DNA of 64,000 nucleotides from Camelus ferus (lineage: Eukaryota). Positions 12,847 to 26,623 of the stretch are shown in pieces. The first letter of the stretch is position 1. Each line of letters opens with the position of its first letter. The position numbers and the translations under genes were made by a program. The DNA lies in the NCBI RefSeq assembly GCF_009834535.1, contig NC_045696.1, positions 87,484,001-87,548,000 of the forward strand. The letters are read 5' to 3'. The notes below the pieces were generated by a model. The model was not told where the DNA came from and ran no database searches. It worked only from the letters and a program-made list of their open reading frames with translations.

Positions 12847-13160
12847 CAAGTAAGAGTTGTGTCACATTCAAATCAGAGATTGATTTCAGTTGATATTAGT
12901 TTCACATTATTGCTATGGGAATACTACTTAGTACCAATTTTGAGCAAACAAAATCTTTAATGACATGCAGTACTTTCTAACATTAACATTTTATTGAACA
13001 ATATTTGCATATTAGTGATCTATTAGACTGCTTATTTTTTGGACATTTATTTGAAAAGTGGAATTACTTAGCCTTTCCATGATATAAGCTCTAGAGAGAC
13101 ACAGAATGACCCAGATGTTCAAAATATCAAAATTTGCTTGAATTCTTAAATCAAAAGAAA
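12847..13160 (-). pseudogene. Pseudo-exon with one inferred frameshift: ISFDLRIQANFDILNIWVILCLSRAYIMERLSNSTFQINVQKISSLIDH*YANIVQ*.../KVLHVIKDFVCSKLVLSSIPIAIM*N*YQLKSISDLNVTQLLL
   Basis: Acceptor tttcttttattttttaatacacag|, donor TG|gtaaga; first 49 codons open in the phase dictated by the upstream exon. Confidence 0.6.
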
Positions 13161-14268
13161 CTGTGTATTAAAAAATAAAAGAAATCATGATGAAGTACAG
13201 GTTTCTTTTCCTGTGTCAAAAATAGTGCATTCCCACAATGTGTAGCATTGTTGTTTGCTTATTGGAAAGGAATGAACAATTGGGAAATAAATCATCTTTT
13301 TGGCATTGCCCTTTTATCTTTATCCTGTTCAAGTACTTATTCCAGGGAACACTTAAAAAACAACAAGCGCCACTTGCATTTTGCTATCAAATCTCAGATT
13401 TGTTTTCAGCTCTCAGTATAGAAAGTGAGTTTATAGTCTCAGGAAATGTAATTAATTATCACTATGTTTGTAGTAATTTAAAATAACCATATCAAGGAAG
13501 AGTGCTTATGACATTCAACTGATCTCATTTATTATTGTGTAGACTCCTAGCATCTCTATACTTAATGGCCTCTCAGTATCTCATGAGCAACACCATTTTT
13601 TATAACTTTAATTCAACTAGATTGGAAATAAGTCATTTTGGGGTCTCAGGCTAAAACTTAGTAAAACAGTTATTAACTCCATTTTTTTGTTTGTTTTTCA
13701 TCAATCATTTAAAAATCATTTAAAAGATCTTAAAAATTCTTTTAAGACCTAAAAGAAATTTGCCCTCCTAGTTTAACTAGTCATGTATAATCTCAAAGGC
13801 CAAATTTTAATAGATCATGGGCTACAAAGCACTTTAAAATGAATAGCTATCTTTGATAATAATATTGATTAAGTTTCAGACATTGCACTAGGCTATTTTT
13901 ATACATTTTTCATTGGTTTAACATATACATTCTGAGGGCCTACTAAGTGGCAGGTCTACGGAAGGCAGTCAGACTACAATGATGAGAATAGACACAATAT
14001 CTCTACTTGATGGCACTCCTAGTTTATAAGGAAATATATTAATCATAAATAAATACAAAATTATAACTTATAAAAAGTAAGTGTATGCCACTCTCAGAAA
14101 GCATAACTTCATGCTGGCCCTCCAATTATATAAGTAAGAAGTAGTATATTTTGCAGGGAAATTTGCTTAACCTCCGAAAACCTAAATTCTAAGGAACAAG
14201 TAAATCCAAGATTCAGACAAAAGTGATGTTTAATGTCAAAGGTAGAGCTCATAAGCAGTAAATCATAC

Positions 14269-14361
14269 TGGCTTTAAGATCTTCCACAATTGTGAAAAAT
14301 GATATTAGCATTTGTTCATACAATTCAGGAACAGACTCAGATGTGAATGAATGACATTTTC
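14269..14361 (-). pseudogene. Pseudo-exon (phase 1->1): KCHSFTSESVPELYEQMLISFFTIVEDLKA
   Basis: Acceptor ccattttcttaacctgtgttgag|, donor CA|gtatga, open frame. Confidence 0.65.
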
Positions 14362-14477
14362 CTCAACACAGGTTAAGAAAATGGTTTGAATCTCAAAGAA
14401 TACTTTTTTAAAAATTTAATTATCAGTGAGATTACTGTTTTTAGATGAGACTATACTTGGTTATATAAATAAGTTAC

Positions 14478-14587
14478 CTTAGCCTTTCTCAAACAATTTT
14501 AATAAACTGAATAAGAGTATTGAACCATTGTAAAATTCCATTGATAGTAAATACTAATTAATTTTTGATATTTTAGTGAAAATATAC
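14478..14587 (-). pseudogene. Pseudo-exon (phase 2->1): YIFTKISKIN*YLLSMEFYNGSILLFSLLKLFEKG*
   Basis: Acceptor aatttatag|, donor AG|gtaact; phase consistent on both sides. Confidence 0.55.
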
Positions 14588-15101
14588 CTATAAATTGTCA
14601 GAGACTATTTATGTTCAGACCTCAGTGTAATGTCATCACAATGACACCTAAGACTACCGAAAATTCCATTTTTTTCTATTTTATATTACTATATCACAAA
14701 AATAAGATTGGATGCTTTTTCCCCAGCCATTTGCGGGGAATGCACGACTTAAGATGTAGGTAAGACATGTGACGTGTGTGAAACTCACTGCTGGGGAGAA
14801 GTGTAATTTCAAGTCAATTCACACCCCAAATCCCAAAAGGTAGATGCTGAGAATTGCTAGCGCTATTTTGCAATCTATATGTTTCTCACACATGCAGCTC
14901 AGTGTAGCATATTGCAGGGTAAGTAGCAGCAAGGACTTAATTATTTAACAAAGGTCAACAATTCTCCAGAGTAACAGCCCCGGGTTATTTGACTTGCATG
15001 TATAAGAATGTTGACAAATACACAGTGCAACAGTATAAAGTATCCATGTTGTCTTGCGTCACACTAAACTATCATCAACTCCATTTTTCACTTATAAAGT
15101 G

Positions 15102-15106
<5 letters not shown>

Positions 15107-15162
<56 letters not shown>
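15107..15162. repeat. (TA)n microsatellite
   Basis: Direct observation. Confidence 0.95.
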
Positions 15163-15165
<3 letters not shown>

Positions 15166-16387
15166 CTTTTTATATACATATAAAGGATATAATTTCTTCT
15201 CCTAAATATCTTTTAAAATCTTCTCTGAAGTTATAAAAGAAAATACATGGAGATCATTTATACTGTACTCAACACATGTTTTAAAATCTTTTTCCTTTTA
15301 TTCAAACATTTTCTTCCTTTTCAGCATCTGTCTCATATGTTGAAAGTGTGCCCTACACTTTGTAAATTTTCACTGCCATTTAGAATTTAACCTTGCACTA
15401 TCTTTCAGAATTATAAATGTGCATGCCCTTTGATCTAACAATTTTGCTTTTAAGAAAATATCCTAGAGACATAAAATATTGAAAATATTCAGTGACTAAA
15501 TAAAATACTTTAAAATCATTTAATTAGAAAAATTAAATTAGTTGAACTTGATGAATGGATGGAAGTCCATGATGCATTAATGAATGAGAAAGCCAGCTTG
15601 CAAAAAAACCTGTAATGAATAATTTTTTAGTAAAAATAATTCATATACATATATGTGTGTATATTTGGTATGTAAGTGTGAAGAAGGTAGAGGCTATTGA
15701 TCAGGACATCAACATTGTTATATTATGAAGACAGAAAGTTCAAAATGGAGAGGAGAGCGTAGATTATTAATTTTTAAAGAAATGTATATCTTTTTAAAGA
15801 ATTTCAGTGGTTGCATTGAGTCCCTGATAATTTTGTTCATACTTTTAAATTCTTAATGACTCATATACTACATATTTTTGTAAGTTTTTCATAATATACA
15901 AAGAGTGTAAGATATTTTCTTCCTAAAGAGTTCATTCATATTTTGGCACCTGCTTAAATACCATAGTCAGAAATTTCAGAGGAGAGAAAATTTATTTCGG
16001 CTAAAATCAGGAAATTTTCATGGATGCAAATCTTTTAAAAGATAAGAAAAGAAAAGAAATTTTTAGTGAGTTAGAATATAAAGGAAGCTTCATTTGAACT
16101 TCTAGGTGGAGATGATAAAGACACAAATACACACAAAGCTGAATCACAGATAATCCATCCTTCAGTATTGAGGAAATATAAAGAAAATCATAAAAAAGAC
16201 AAATATTCAGAGGAGACTGCAGAAGGAAACTTTATACCATAAAAAATGAGTAAAACAGTAGTAAGAAAAATAACAAAAAAAAAAAAAAAAAGAAAAGATT
16301 CAGACATGATTCAGTGTCTGCTAGCTCTGTTCTTCTCCTTCCATTCCAGATGGAGAAAGTGTATCAATAAATTCCTAATACTCTTAC

Positions 16388-16495
16388 TTAGTATCATCTA
16401 ATTTCCAGAAAAACAAACTGTGACAATCATTGCAGATGGTTAGAATTTCAGCAGAAGAGGAACAATTGCAAGGAATTACTATTTTTGAAGGTTCA
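16388..16495 (-). pseudogene. Pseudo-exon (phase 2->2): EPSKIVIPCNCSSSAEILTICNDCHSLFFWKLDDT
   Basis: Acceptor gtctcattttaatag|, donor AA|gtaaga, open frame; 89-nt upstream intron. Confidence 0.65.
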
Positions 16496-16584
16496 CTATT
16501 AAAATGAGACCTCTATCCAAAACCCATTATATTCTTCATAAGGACAGAATAAAATACAACTAGGTGAAGTGCATTCTGACTTAC

Positions 16585-16647
16585 ATATGTAATGACACCC
16601 CTTCCATGGCTACATAGCCCATCAAAGTTGTATTGCACTACGGCACC
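16585..16647 (-). pseudogene. Pseudo-exon GAVVQYNFDG(+1 frameshift)YVAMEGVSLH
   Basis: Acceptor gttgaaaatag|, donor |gtaagt; removing one G from GATGGGCTAT restores phase with the next exon. Confidence 0.6.
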
Positions 16648-17078
16648 CTATTTTCAACCACAAAGTAAATGCAATAGCACTCATTGCTCAAACTAGTTAA
16701 GAGAAGAAAAAAAACAATTCTCAGACGAAGTTTGTTAACAATAATTTACTCATGCTAACTAAGAACAAATTAAATGTTGGAGAGCACTGCCAACTGAAGC
16801 ATAAGCAACTTGAATAAGATGGCAAGGGAAATTGTGCAGACTACAGGAAAATAAGTAAATAAGAAACACAGTAGGCAGAAAAGAGAAAAACACTCTGGTC
16901 TGGAATAAAATAAAGATTTAGGAGTAGGAATATCTTTTCCTAAAATGCTTTATACTCTGGAATATTTAATATGAAAATGAATTGAAACATGGAAAACACA
17001 GACATTAAGATAATACAGAGGGTGGACAGGAGGGCTGAGAGGTCTAAGAAAATCAGACTTGTATTATTAAAGGGATAA

Positions 17079-17655
17079 TTGTTGATGTCCTCCATTCAAA
17101 GACCATCAGAAATGCAACTGTGGTTGAACAAAGTTGACTTACTGATGCATTTCAATGATGGAGATCTCACACCATGAGGAACCACGGTATATCTTAGGAA
17201 GAGGATGTTAGTAAGAACTTCTTAGAGGTTTTGAGCTCATGTTAGGTGTCTGAGGAAAGGCTTCAAAAAAGCAAGGCTTAACTCTGGATTGGATGCTGTC
17301 AGAAAGAGGGTGATTCTATGATTACCTTCAGAATTCTTATCAGAAAGAACAAGGTGAGGCTGAACATTTGAAACACCAGTCATTAATATTGAACAGGAGA
17401 GTAAAACATCTAGCCATTTTTACAGCATGAATAAAGCTCATGTTTTGCCTGCATTCAAACATGATTAATTACAGAGTAGTCTTGGTTTTGACCCATCACA
17501 GTCACACAGTGACCACATCTGACGTTGGTGTTCTGTGAAATTGTTCCACTTCAACAGAACACCAAGGCCCAGTGATGTAAGTGCAGCTCCTAGAAATATA
17601 AAGGACTAAACAGCAATGCCAGGACAGTTCCAAGCTGTCAAGCTGCTCTTCTTTT
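17079..17655 (-). mobile_element. Solo ERV1-class LTR (MER89/MER90-like)
   Basis: gaggaaccacggtatatcttaggaagaggatgttag...actctggattggatgctgtcagaaag...gattctatgatt matches a remembered consensus. Confidence 0.5.
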
Positions 17656-17669
17656 CTTTTTGTTTTTTG

Positions 17670-18375
17670 CTTCTTTATTTTTAGTTAATAAACTTTACTT
17701 TTTAGAGCAGTTTTAGGTTCATAGAAAAACTGAGGGGAAAGTAGTGTTTCCATATGCACCCTGTCTCCACACTCACACAAACTCACCCACTACTGACATC
17801 CCATGGAACAGTGGCAAATTTGTTAAAATTGATGAACCCACAGTGACACGCCATTGTCACTCAAAGTCCATAGTCTACATTAAGGTTTACCCTTGGTTTT
17901 GTTTATTCTATGGTTTTTGACAAAGGTATAGTGACACAGATCTATCATATAGTATCAAACAGAATAGTTTTCACTGACCTAAAAGTCCTCCATGTCCTAC
18001 TATTCATGTTTCCCTTCCCACAGCCCGAGGCAGACACTCATCTTTTAACTGTCTCCCTTGTTTTGCCTTTTCTGGGATAGCAAACATTTGAAATTATACA
18101 GTGTGTAGCTTTTCAGATTGGCTTATTTCACTTGGTAATATTCACTTAAGTTTCCTCCATGTCTTTTCAGGGCTTGATAGCTCATTTCTATTTAATAATG
18201 AATAATAATCCATTGTCTGGATGTACCAGCTACTCACCCACTGAAGGACATCTTGATGGCCTCCAAAGCTGCCATAAATGTCATCTATAGTTTCTGACGT
18301 GGACGTAAGTTGTTAATTTATTTGGGAAAATACCAAGGAGCATGATTGCTGGATCATATGGTTAGAGTAGGTTTA
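17670..18375 (-). mobile_element. L1MC-type 3' end
   Basis: tttttagagcagttttaggttcatagaaaaactgag...attgatgaacccacagtgacac...aaagtccatagt. Confidence 0.85.
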
Positions 18376-18882
18376 TTTATTTTAGAATGAAATGAATGTT
18401 TTTAAAGAGGGCAGGAGAGCGGTAGTATGGAACATGAAGAGAAACAGATACTGTGCAAAGCAAAGAATATATATGAGGAGAAGGCATGAAAAGATAAAGG
18501 TGTGTCTGTTGCATAAGCTGAAGAAAGGCTTCCATGCCAAACTGAAAAGCCTAAACATGGTCCACTAAAAAAAGGGGGATTATTGGGAGGTTTTGCAAAG
18601 AGAAGCAGAGTAAGGTGTGTTCTTCAAGAGCATTCATATGGCAGGCATAGTCAGAGGAAGTACTTCAGAGGTAAAGACACATTGAAACAGAAGAAAAACT
18701 GCAGTTTCTTTCTGTGGTTGATACGAAATAGATAGTCATATCTAGGTCTGCAGTGAAATAATGATAAGGTTTTTGGTTTGGGGTTTTATTTTCCTTTCTT
18801 CCTTCCAGCAACTTCTTGACATGAATGCTATATGGAGGACACTGATGCATGTGGTAGTTCTAAGGTCATACTCAGGATGGAC

Positions 18883-18976
18883 TTAAAACATTTGAGAGCT
18901 GTGATTTGCCCCTGTCCTTAGCTCCAAATCAAGTGGCCTAAAAACACACTGCAACCATTCTGACAAATTATGCAAC
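18883..18976 (-). pseudogene. Pseudo-exon (phase 2->0): LHNLSEWLQCVFRPLDLELRTGANHSSQMF*
   Basis: Strong acceptor ttcttttatttgtttttcgtag|; phase joins the preceding exon (AG|G = Arg); donor degraded or uncertain. Confidence 0.65.
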
Positions 18977-21779
18977 CTACGAAAAACAAATAAAAGAATA
19001 CAGCACTTCAGAAGTTGTCTTTTTCAGACATTCTAGCCAGAAAATAACCAGCATCAGTGTCTTCCAACACTGGTGGTTTAGGCCATGGCTAGAAAACTAA
19101 ACAAGCACCATTCTTTACTATATAAGCTCCATTTGGTGTTTGAAGGTTTTTGCAGTATATCTGCAAAGTACTAAAGTTTTAGAAAGAAAATCACTCCACT
19201 ATTTTATCTAACACCAATGTCACGTTGAGAAATTTCCCAAATGCCAAAAATATTACATAGCTCCTTCATATTCAAGAACCTTAATCACGCCCTAGCCTGG
19301 GGCTTTAGGATTGCTTCCTACATCAGAACAAGTTATAATCTAAATTTTTTTTAAAGATCTATAAAATACATCTACCAAATGACTGCTTTATGAGGCAGGG
19401 GTTATAGGAGATAATAAGACCAGATGCAATTTTCCGTGGAAATAAGAAAAATCTCCCATTATTTTATACTTTCTGCTGAGTTTAAAATTCTAATTCCAAA
19501 CATTCTATTTTCTTTACCTTGTAGAAAAATACATTATTTGGTAAAACAGTGAGGTGGGCTAGGACTTTAAAGATTGCAAGTTTAGTCCATTTTTTTCTAG
19601 TAGGATATGAGATCTTCATTTATAAAATAAAAGTGATGAGTTAAAATGCACCTAAAATATGACAATGTGATTCTTTAATAGTATATTAACATGCTATATA
19701 AATATTCAGGGGAACACTTACTTATTTTTCATTATCCCCTTGATTAAACCAATAATTTATTTGACTGCCTTAGAAATATCACTGAAACCTTACATCCTAC
19801 AGCTTATAACCACATGACCTTGTGCAAGCAGACAGAATTGGGTTGAAATGTTACAACTAAATTCCAAATATAATCCAACAATACAATCCAACCTCTAATA
19901 ATGAAATCACATCCTAAAAATTACTTTCTTCACTTTATAATCCATATATTTAGAATCAGATTGTGCTCAAACTGAGAATCACAGTAGTTTACACCACTAG
20001 TTCAGAAGGAAAAATCTACTTGCCTTTTCCCTCAAATCTTTATTCTAATTTTAATGCCTACATGATAATTATTTTATATATATAATTTTTTAAATATCAA
20101 CCATTTAGTCAGCTCAGGATGCATTGCTTGAGAGTCTGGAAAGCACAATGTGTGGTAAAGGATAGAAAAAAATCTTAGGGTAACATCATTAAGAACTTAT
20201 CAAGGAAATACAAACAAACATACATACATACAAATACTTCTGTCTCTCCAAGTGTAATCTCAATGGCAATCTTCCAGACAAAAATAATAGACTAAAAGTT
20301 GTTTGCTTTATTCAAGATTTATACTGACAAATCACTCATGAAGGGGGTTAAGAACAATGAGGACCAAAAGGAGAAATAAATAGGTCCAGTTAAATTTTAA
20401 GTTTTAAAATCTCACAGCCATATAATTTTAGTTATACCATTTTTAAGCACTGCATGTCTCTTTTTTTTTTCCCCACCCCTCTTCCAATCACGATTATACA
20501 TGTTCTTTAAAGACCAGCTCAAATGCCAACACCTATATGGAAACTTCCCAACCATTACTTCATCTCAAATGAGAGCTAATCTCTATTTAAGTAGTGAAGT
20601 GGCCAATTGAGTAGCTCCTATCTGCTAACAAACACTTGCTGTTTTCTTTTCAATTCTAACAGAAACTTTTCACAATGGACATTAGAACCCTTAAGAAGTT
20701 TGCCCAAGGTGATACGAGTTCAACTAGGATTTGAACTTCAGAATACCAGTCTCCAAATCTCATGTACTCTCTACAAATATATTTTCTCTTATTCTGAATA
20801 AAACAAAATAACATAGAATATTTCAAAATAGTCCCTATACTCATTCTGGTTATAATTTACTATAATGGTTCTTATAAATTATCTGATTGGGAGCAATAGG
20901 ATATCTTCAAGTTTCACTGGAAAGCACTAAAAACACTTATAGCCCCCCGCAGATTCAATAGAATATAAATGTCAATATTCTCCATGAGTAGGCTTGCCTG
21001 GCAGTGAAGCTTAATTATACTTATGTGTAACTCAGACATTCTAGTAAGCAAAACAGAAATAGAATATAAAAGCAGTGAAAGTCTTATCCTGAAACAACAG
21101 TCAATGGATAGCAAATGAAAGGAAGGAATAACAATTGGTACCCACTTCTTTTTACCAAAAACACTTTTAATAAACATTACTGTATGCTCCTCATTGTTAT
21201 TTTTGGACCAAATGACTGACTTAAAATACTGGGTTTTTTCTGCTAGTAATGTGACCTAGAGTTAGCATAAACTGACAACAGAGGAAGCATGGTGCATCGA
21301 TGGCCTCAGGATGGGAGGGTCCAGGATCAGCAGTAAGACGCTTAACTGTATTATATTAAAAGAACTACTGGGATATTCTACTTGGTTTATTTTTTCTTTA
21401 AAAAATAATTTATTTTTAAGTGGCTAACGTCAAACTCTAAATCATATTTTAAGGAACACAAACTCCTTAGTATTTTCTCCAGTAATTCCCAATTCAATAT
21501 TATTCTTTCCTCTGAATTTTAAGTTTTAATTATTTCAATGAGTGAAAAGTTAAATATTTCTCTTTCATAAAATTAATGAAACCCCACGACTCTTGGATGA
21601 GTTTCTGGTTGCTTTCTTCAAAATAATACATATTTTAACTTTTCTTACATGTACCAACAAATTAATTCATATATTTATTCATCCTATATTTAACAAATTT
21701 CTATATTTAACCATCTGGGCCAAATGCATAAAGAGATAAATAAGACCTCAGTTTTTCCCTAAGAAGTTAGTTGTCTGTG

Positions 21780-22088
21780 GCTGCACAGTTCAATATGGTA
21801 GCCACTAGAGCATGTGGCCATTGCACACTTGAAATATAGTTACAAATGAGAGGTGCTGTAAGTGTGAAATATCCACCAGACTTTAAAGACTTGGAATTTT
21901 TAAATGTATGTAAAATATCCCATTAAGATTTTATACTGATCACATGTTGAAATAATTACATTGACTATGTAGAGTTATACATCATATATTATTAAGTTAA
22001 ATTTATTTGTTTCTTTTTAATGTTTTAATAGTTGTACTAGAAAATTTAAAATTATCTGTGGATTGCATTATATTCCTCTTGGACTGCT
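21780..22088 (-). mobile_element. MER33 hAT-Charlie DNA transposon
   Basis: caatatggtagccactagagcatgtggccattgcacacttgaaat...tgctgtaagtgtgaaat...ctagaaaatttaaaatta...ttggactgc. Confidence 0.8.
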
Positions 22089-22199
22089 TATATATTCCAT
22101 TTATGTATATGTATGTATCTTATCTAACTATGCCAATCAGACATAGTTTATAGACTTAAGGGAACATATGTTCTAAGTATGTATTAGAATATTAGATAT

Positions 22200-23570
22200 G
22201 TAAAAACATGTCAAGTGGGACTTTAGGGTTTCACTGAAGCTTCCAAGCTGAAGTGAATGAGGTACAAATGCACACAATTCTAAATAGCAAAGCTAGACAC
22301 ATAAACGTAGGACTAACTAAGAATAAGGCCAACTATAACCAATACTAGTCTTCAAGGTCCATCAAGCATGTGAAGATTTATTGCCTGGGGCGTGGGGAGC
22401 TGTTATAAAGGAACTGCTACGTGTAGAGAATACTGCAGCATTCCCTCTTCACCCCCACAGTGGAGAGGTGGGGGATGCCCCTCCCCTACCCCACCTCAAG
22501 GCAAGTGAAGGAGGCACCAGGAGCACACTCTCAGAGGTTGTGGATGCTTGTGAGAAGGGGAATGCATAGCTTTGTAACCAAAAGGATGCTATGCTGACTG
22601 AGCTGCTTAAACCTTCAGCTTGTCCAGGGCAGCCACCAGGGCCAAAGTCAAGAGCACTCTTGGTAGAACCTTTATATACAAGTTGGAGGTGGGGCATAGC
22701 TATCTGTAATGACTTTTGTCCAAAATCATCTGAAGACAGAAGGCTTCCTTAAACAGCCTACAAAAAGAGAAGTCAACGATAGCACAAGCAACACTCCTGT
22801 CACTGGTGGACAAGAGTAGTTCAGGTCCTTAAGGCCAAGAAGATATCACAACGGTAGCTAAACTGACATGTTTTAAAAGGATACTGACCAACAGAAACAC
22901 CTACTGAGGTGAAAGTGGTCCCAGGGGAAATAATCGGAATGGGGTTCCACTACAGATTAACAGCTGTGGGTTGACTAACATGAAGTCAGCCAGAGAATGT
23001 ATCACCATAACAGAAGACACTGAAACTCAGGAAGGCTTTAAAGTTTTGAAAAACTGCACTATTAATCCTGCACAAAAGAGCAGGCATTAGAACACCTGCT
23101 TTGAACAAAAGACCTCACCAACCAATACTGAACCACAGGCGTCAGCTAAGTATAGAAACATTTGCCCTTATTCTTCACATGCTGGCTACCAGTCCAACTG
23201 AACATGAGCCAGAAGCTGGGGGAGGGGGGCTGAGAAGAGGAGTTAAACGGAACATGGGGGCTCAAAACAGACAGCAGAATTCTTCCCCACTGCCCTGCAA
23301 AAGCACATCAGACTTGAGCTGAGCATTCAAGGAGAAGATTGAAAATAAATGTGAGAATAAGGCTTTGATTCAGACTTGTCCTAAATTTGAATTCCTGAAA
23401 ACAGTATTTTCTTGTTTTGTTTTGTGTTTTTAATTGTTTTTAACATCTAGAAGTAATCAGAATGTTATGGGCTCTATGCAAGATCCCTTAGGGTGGAAAA
23501 TTAGCATCTGATAAAGCATGTTTGAAATAAGTGGCCAGAAAAAATAAAGTAATTCTCTGATCATAACTAT
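22200..23570 (+). mobile_element. Ancient LTR, LTR78-like
   Basis: GC-richer block with ggggagctgttataaaggaactgctacg and a 3' aaaaaataaagt...tgat end. Confidence 0.45.
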
Positions 23571-24414
23571 CAACTTCCACCTATTAAGTATAAAATGAGA
23601 AATATGGTGAGCTGTGAAAAATAACTTATCAGAGCAATTCACCAATGATTTTGAAACTTTCTCCTTATACAGATTAACTTTTCATACTATCGAAGAAAAG
23701 GAACTCCTATTCTTATTTGATACTGCCTCAAAATGCTTTATATAAAGCCTATTAAACTTTGAGCATTATTGCATCATACAAACTATAAACTTCCACTTCT
23801 TTTAAATAACAATACAAGAAGCAGTTATTCCTGCCTTGTAATTTCAATTCCAAACCTAACTTAACTATACAACTTTTCAGACAAATATGTAGCTAGGTAA
23901 GTAGGGCTCTCTTTTTAAGATGTAAAATGTATCTGAGGATGTGTGGAGTGCGGTGAAGAGGAATGTTCTAGAAGTGGCTTAAATAGGACTAGAATGAACT
24001 CATCCTTATTTTTTTCTCCCAAAAGTCTCCTTCTGGGGGAAATTTGTAGCTTAAATCAAAATTTTGAGATGGCATAGAAAACCCATGCCCAGTCCAGGCC
24101 TCAGTGTCCATGTATCCACAAAGGACCAGCAGAAACTGTCAAGACTGGAGGGGCTTTATGTCAGTGGTGGTAGGAAAAGCCATCAGAGTGATGTGCCAGG
24201 TTTATTAGAAGCAAGATCCTGCTCCAGGTAAAAAAAAGAAACTGCATGGAGATGGGGAGAGCTCCAGGCAACATGCTTGACTGTCTGGAACAAACCCCCT
24301 GTGCAGAGGACAAAACAGAAGCAGAATCCCAGGACAGACCAGAAGTTAGACCAGAAAATAAGAGATGGGGTTAGCAGAAAAAGCAGGATGCTTATAAGTA
24401 TCCCACACTTGAAA

Positions 24415-25520
24415 AGTATTTATTTTTAACATGTCATTCAATATAAGATCAAAGTACAAACATCGTAAGTGTCAGCTTGATAGCTTTTCACAAATTAAAC
24501 TACACCTATGTAATCAGGACCCAAAATAAGAAACAGAATATTATCAGTGCTTTAGATGCCTGTTTAATGATCCCTTCCAGCCATTACCATCTCCCAAACT
24601 TTCCATTATCCTGAACACTAAAAACATAAATTGGTTTGTCTATTTTTTTTTTTTTACTTTTACAAATTAAATTATACAGTATGTATGCTTTGCCTCTGGC
24701 TTATCTGACTCAAAAGTATTTTGCAAGATTCATCCATATTTTTGTGTATAGTTGTGGGTCATGGATTCTCATTGCTCATCCACTGTGTCAGTATACTGCA
24801 ATTTACTACTCTTTCACTGGACACTTAGATAATTTCTAGTTTGAGGCAATTATGAATAGTGCTGCTATAAACATTCTATCTTGTGTCTTTCATTAAGCCT
24901 GTATACCTATTTCTTCTGGGTATGCACCTAGGTACAGAATTGCTACATCATTAAGTAGGCAATTAAGCTTTAATAAATGCTGGTTAACAGTTTTCCCAAG
25001 TTATTGTAATAATTTATACCCCCAGGAATGTAGGAAAATTATGTTGGTTATACATCTTCATCACACTTGACCTTTCCTATCTGCTTCATTTTAGCCTTTC
25101 TGGTGGTATCACATTGGAGGTTTTCATTTACATTTCTTAATGATTTATGAAGTCAGACAACTTTTCATATCTTTATGAGCTATTTGGATATTTTCATTAT
25201 TGTGTCTTCAAATTTTCTCCCCATTTTTGTTATTGGATTATTACTCTTTTTTATCTTATTTATTAGGACTTCCTAATATATTCTGGATGAGCCCATTTTT
25301 CATCTATATATATATGCATGTGTATACATATATATATTCTCCTTCTCTGTGTGTTATTGTTACATACCATTAATGGTATGTTTTGTTTACAAAAGTGGTA
25401 AATGCTGTCATAGTCCAATATTTTTTTTCATTTATGGTTAGTGGCTTTTGATCCAGTTTAATACATCTTCTTAGATGTTCTCCTTGTAAGTTTTCCTCTA
25501 ACACTTTTATTGCTGTACCT
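24415..25520 (-). mobile_element. L1ME-type 3' end/ORF2 remnant
   Basis: aagtgtcagcttgatagcttttcacaaattaaactacacctatgtaatc...gcaattatgaatagtgctgctataaacattc. Confidence 0.8.
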
Positions 25521-26623
25521 CAGCCATATTTAAATGCACATAAATTTATATAGGGCACTGAGGCAAAGTTTCTGTCAAAACCCTTAGCCTATATAGAAGA
25601 AACTTCTAATATGCTATCAGACCAGGCAGGGCTGTAGGTTCAGAATCAAGGTGGGGCCACGCCTACTCAAAGCAGGACTTTTCAAACATTCATCTGAACT
25701 TGGGAGCTCTGAACTAAGAAGTTAAAGAAAAGAAGCAAACTGCTTTCAGTATACTTACTGTCTAATTATGATCCAAGAAGATGTAAGACAGTAATAGGAG
25801 TGAAATTTGCAAAAACGGTAAAAATAACTCTAGGGATTATAATAGCACTGATTTCCATAAGATGACATCAAGTTGCTTCAGGCTCATTCACAGCCTGAGG
25901 CTCAAGCTATGAGTGCACAAAAGTATGATAGCCTCCCTCTCCTGTTATGTCACAAGGGTTATTTCAATCCTCCATGTAGAGGAATTCAGGGAGGTATAGA
26001 CAAGTGTGCAAATGCTTCTTGTATATATCAGTGAATTAGACACTACTGGTTACTTGTTACAAATTGGATTATTTGATCTGGCATTAAATGTAATCTATGT
26101 TTGGACATATATTTCAATCAACCCTGATTATTTTGTTTTCTTACAAAATCTTCAAGGTCTAGTTTTAACCCTTCCCTGCCCATTTATCATCCCAAACATA
26201 TGTCCAGGTGTTTACAGACATGTATGTATGTTGGTTGGGGCAGCTCATTCTAGCTATCACACTTCCATCATGTGTTAGGTTCACAAAATTTATAACCAGT
26301 TGATGTTGGAAGGCCTTGATGTGCTTTAGGGAAGCCAGATTATTACACAACCCAGACTGCAATGCTCTATGTATTTAGGAGTTTTGATTTTTTAAAAAAT
26401 TGAAATATTTGTTTGTGCTCACCTAAGATCAATGCATTTCTCCAGTAATTAGATGAGAGGTTAAAAAAAGTAAAAGAAAATTTTCAGCAGTTCATTCCAA
26501 TTTGTTAGTTCCTCATCAGGCTCAAGAAATCTGCATTTTACCAAGTCTAATAAAGAATACATGGAAGACTATGTGTTTTATACATAGCTAAGACATGAAT
26601 TTTCTATCACTGTCAACGAGTAC

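Noticed and set aside
14789..14874. Extra minus-strand exon with a gtgagt donor
   Set aside because: Weak acceptor, stops in all frames, and the flanking exons already join in phase without it
15054..15236. ORF with IYIY repeat
   Set aside because: (TA)n microsatellite translation
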